This document shows positions 62,591 to 64,000 of a stretch of DNA of 64,000 bases, in pieces (position 1 is the stretch's first letter; each line of letters opens with the position of its first letter). Source of the DNA: Candidatus Micrarchaeota archaeon (GTDB taxonomy: Archaea > Micrarchaeota > Micrarchaeia > Norongarragalinales > UBA8480); NCBI GenBank assembly GCA_021812145.1, contig JAKAOM010000001.1, forward strand, positions 21,898 to 85,897. Reading direction: 5' to 3'. The notes below the pieces were generated by a model that saw only the letters and a list, made by a program, of their open reading frames with translations, made no database searches and was not told the DNA's origin. A program made the position numbers and the translations under genes.

Positions 62591-63664
62591 TTAGAGAAAG
62601 TCAATTTCTCCTACGTCGAAGTCGTTTCTTTTTTGTTTGTCCTGCTTTACCTGTTTTCCAAGCATGTACGGACTTTTGATTCCTGTGAAGATTGCTATTG
62701 CTTCCAGTTTTCCTTCGAATGCCGGGTCTACTCTAGCGCCCCATATTACGCTTGCGTTAGGGTCTACTCTTTCTGTAAGCATTTCTCCCACTTGGTTGCA
62801 TTCTCCAAGAGTCATGTCGCTTCCTCCGGTTATGTGTATAAGCACTCCGGTTGCTCCGGTGTAGTCTACGTCTAGTAGGGCGTGGTTGAGTGTGTTTTCC
62901 ACTACTTCCTTTACTCTGTTTGTTCCTTTTGACTCGCCTACTGCTATCATTGAAACTCCCCCGTTGCTCATAACCGCTTTGACGTCTGCGAAGTCAAGGT
63001 TTATGAGGCTTGGTGTGGTGATTGTTTCTGTTATTCCTCTCACCGCTCTTGCTATGACCTCGTCTGCCACATTGAACGCCTGGTCTATTGGCAGGTTTGG
63101 AACTAACTGCACTAGCCTGTTGTTGTCTATTACGATTATCGTGTCCGACTGGTTTTTGAGGTTTTCTAGTGCCGCGTCTGCTTTTTCCAATCTAGCTCTT
63201 TCAAGTGCGAACGGGTAGGTTACTATTGATATTACGATAGCTCCTTGCTTTTTAGCTATTTCAGCTATTACTGGCGCGCTTCCGCTTCCAGTTCCTCCTC
63301 CCATTCCTGCTGTAAGGAATATCAAGTCGGCGTTTGACAGTATTTTTTCCAGCGCGTCTCTTGAAACGTCTGCTGCTTTCATTCCGATTTCAGGGTAGCC
63401 TCCTGCTCCGAGTCCTCTGGTAATGCTAGCTCCTATTAGAACTTTTTTAACGCTTTCAGATATTGTTGTTAAGTGCAGTCTGTCGGTGTTTATAGCAACC
63501 ATGTCTGCTCCTTTAATTCCCATTCTAGCTAGTCTGTTGACTGAGTTGCACCCTCCACCTCCTGTTCCTATAACCATTATTTTAGGGGTTTCAAAAAAAT
63601 CCTCCCTTTCTTTTTTGTTGGGAGTGCTTCTGCTTCTAAGGGCTTCTCCTACTATATCCTCCAT
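62591..63664 (-). CDS. ftsZ: Cell division protein FtsZ
   Basis: GGGGCN, NTD, GLGAGG, GMGGGTGSG, DNN, INLDFADV. Confidence 0.97.
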   Translation of the reverse strand: MEDIVGEALRSRSTPNKKEREDFFETPKIMVIGTGGGGCNSVNRLARMGIKGADMVAINTDRLHLTTISESVKKVLIGASITRGLGAGGYPEIGMKAADVSRDALEKILSNADLIFLTAGMGGGTGSGSAPVIAEIAKKQGAIVISIVTYPFALERARLEKADAALENLKNQSDTIIVIDNNRLVQLVPNLPIDQAFNVADEVIARAVRGITETITTPSLINLDFADVKAVMSNGGVSMIAVGESKGTNRVKEVVENTLNHALLDVDYTGATGVLIHITGGSDMTLGECNQVGEMLTERVDPNASVIWGARVDPAFEGKLEAIAIFTGIKSPYMLGKQVKQDKQKRNDFDVGEIDFL

Positions 63665-63967
63665 TTTTTCATTTCACCTTGAAAATTTAACTATTTTGCT
63701 TATTCCTTTGCTTGTTTTGTTTTTAATTCTTTCGCTTTGCCTGTTTTTTAGTTGGTTTTGTTTGAATCCATTTTGAATGTTTGTTTTTGAATTTCTTTGA
63801 TTGTTATTGCAGTAGAATTTTAATTTCAATGTTGTTTTTTTATGCTTCGAATGTTCTTTTAAAAGTTTTTTTTTTAAAAGACATGCGTTGTCAAATGCCT
63901 TTTATGCTTCTTGAATAAATCCTCTGATAGAAAAGGTTAAAATTAAGTGAATTCATTTTTAATGCTT

Positions 63968-64000
63968 GGTTTTCAGGATAGTCGGGGGGTTAAGGGTCCC
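63968..64000 (+). ncRNA. Probable 5' end of the archaeal SRP (7S) RNA, truncated by the window edge
   Basis: GC-rich TAGTCGGGGGGTTAAGGGTCCC resembles the archaeal SRP RNA 5' Alu segment; BRE-TATA GAAAAGGTTAAAA at ~63930; start approximate. Confidence 0.45.

Overview
This 64 kb window comes from an archaeal chromosome, most likely DPANN and plausibly Micrarchaeota. Evidence: CarS, L40e, S17e, L10e, BRE-TATA promoters, BHB-intron tRNAs and a Methanococcus/Thermococcus-type S-layer gene. The + strand is strongly T/G-skewed. From left to right it contains: a carS-archaeosortase pair; a VapBC module; a Tad/type IV pilus locus (platform protein plus seven class III signal-peptide proteins, one missed by the ORF track); a ~1230-aa secreted protein with a PGF-CTERM-like tail; and a secreted, apparently intact GH23/SLT lytic transglycosylase, a peptidoglycan-degrading family in an organism that should have no peptidoglycan. 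A tRNA-rich stretch follows, including a fully duplicated intron-containing tRNA-Leu flanking a lone AAA+ ATPase. Next come an intein-interrupted pilus ATPase, a large glycosylation region with an AT-rich insert and a divergently split GT-C gene, and the S-layer gene. The window ends with housekeeping genes (SAMP/NcsA, SMC, L10e, ppsA, fba, ftsZ) and a bacterial-type RelA/SpoT homologue with a degenerate hydrolase. The best candidate for a novel system is pilus + sortase-anchored giant protein + lytic transglycosylase, acting as a possible contact-dependent apparatus for breaching bacterial cell walls. All calls come from motif reading by eye; no database searches were run.
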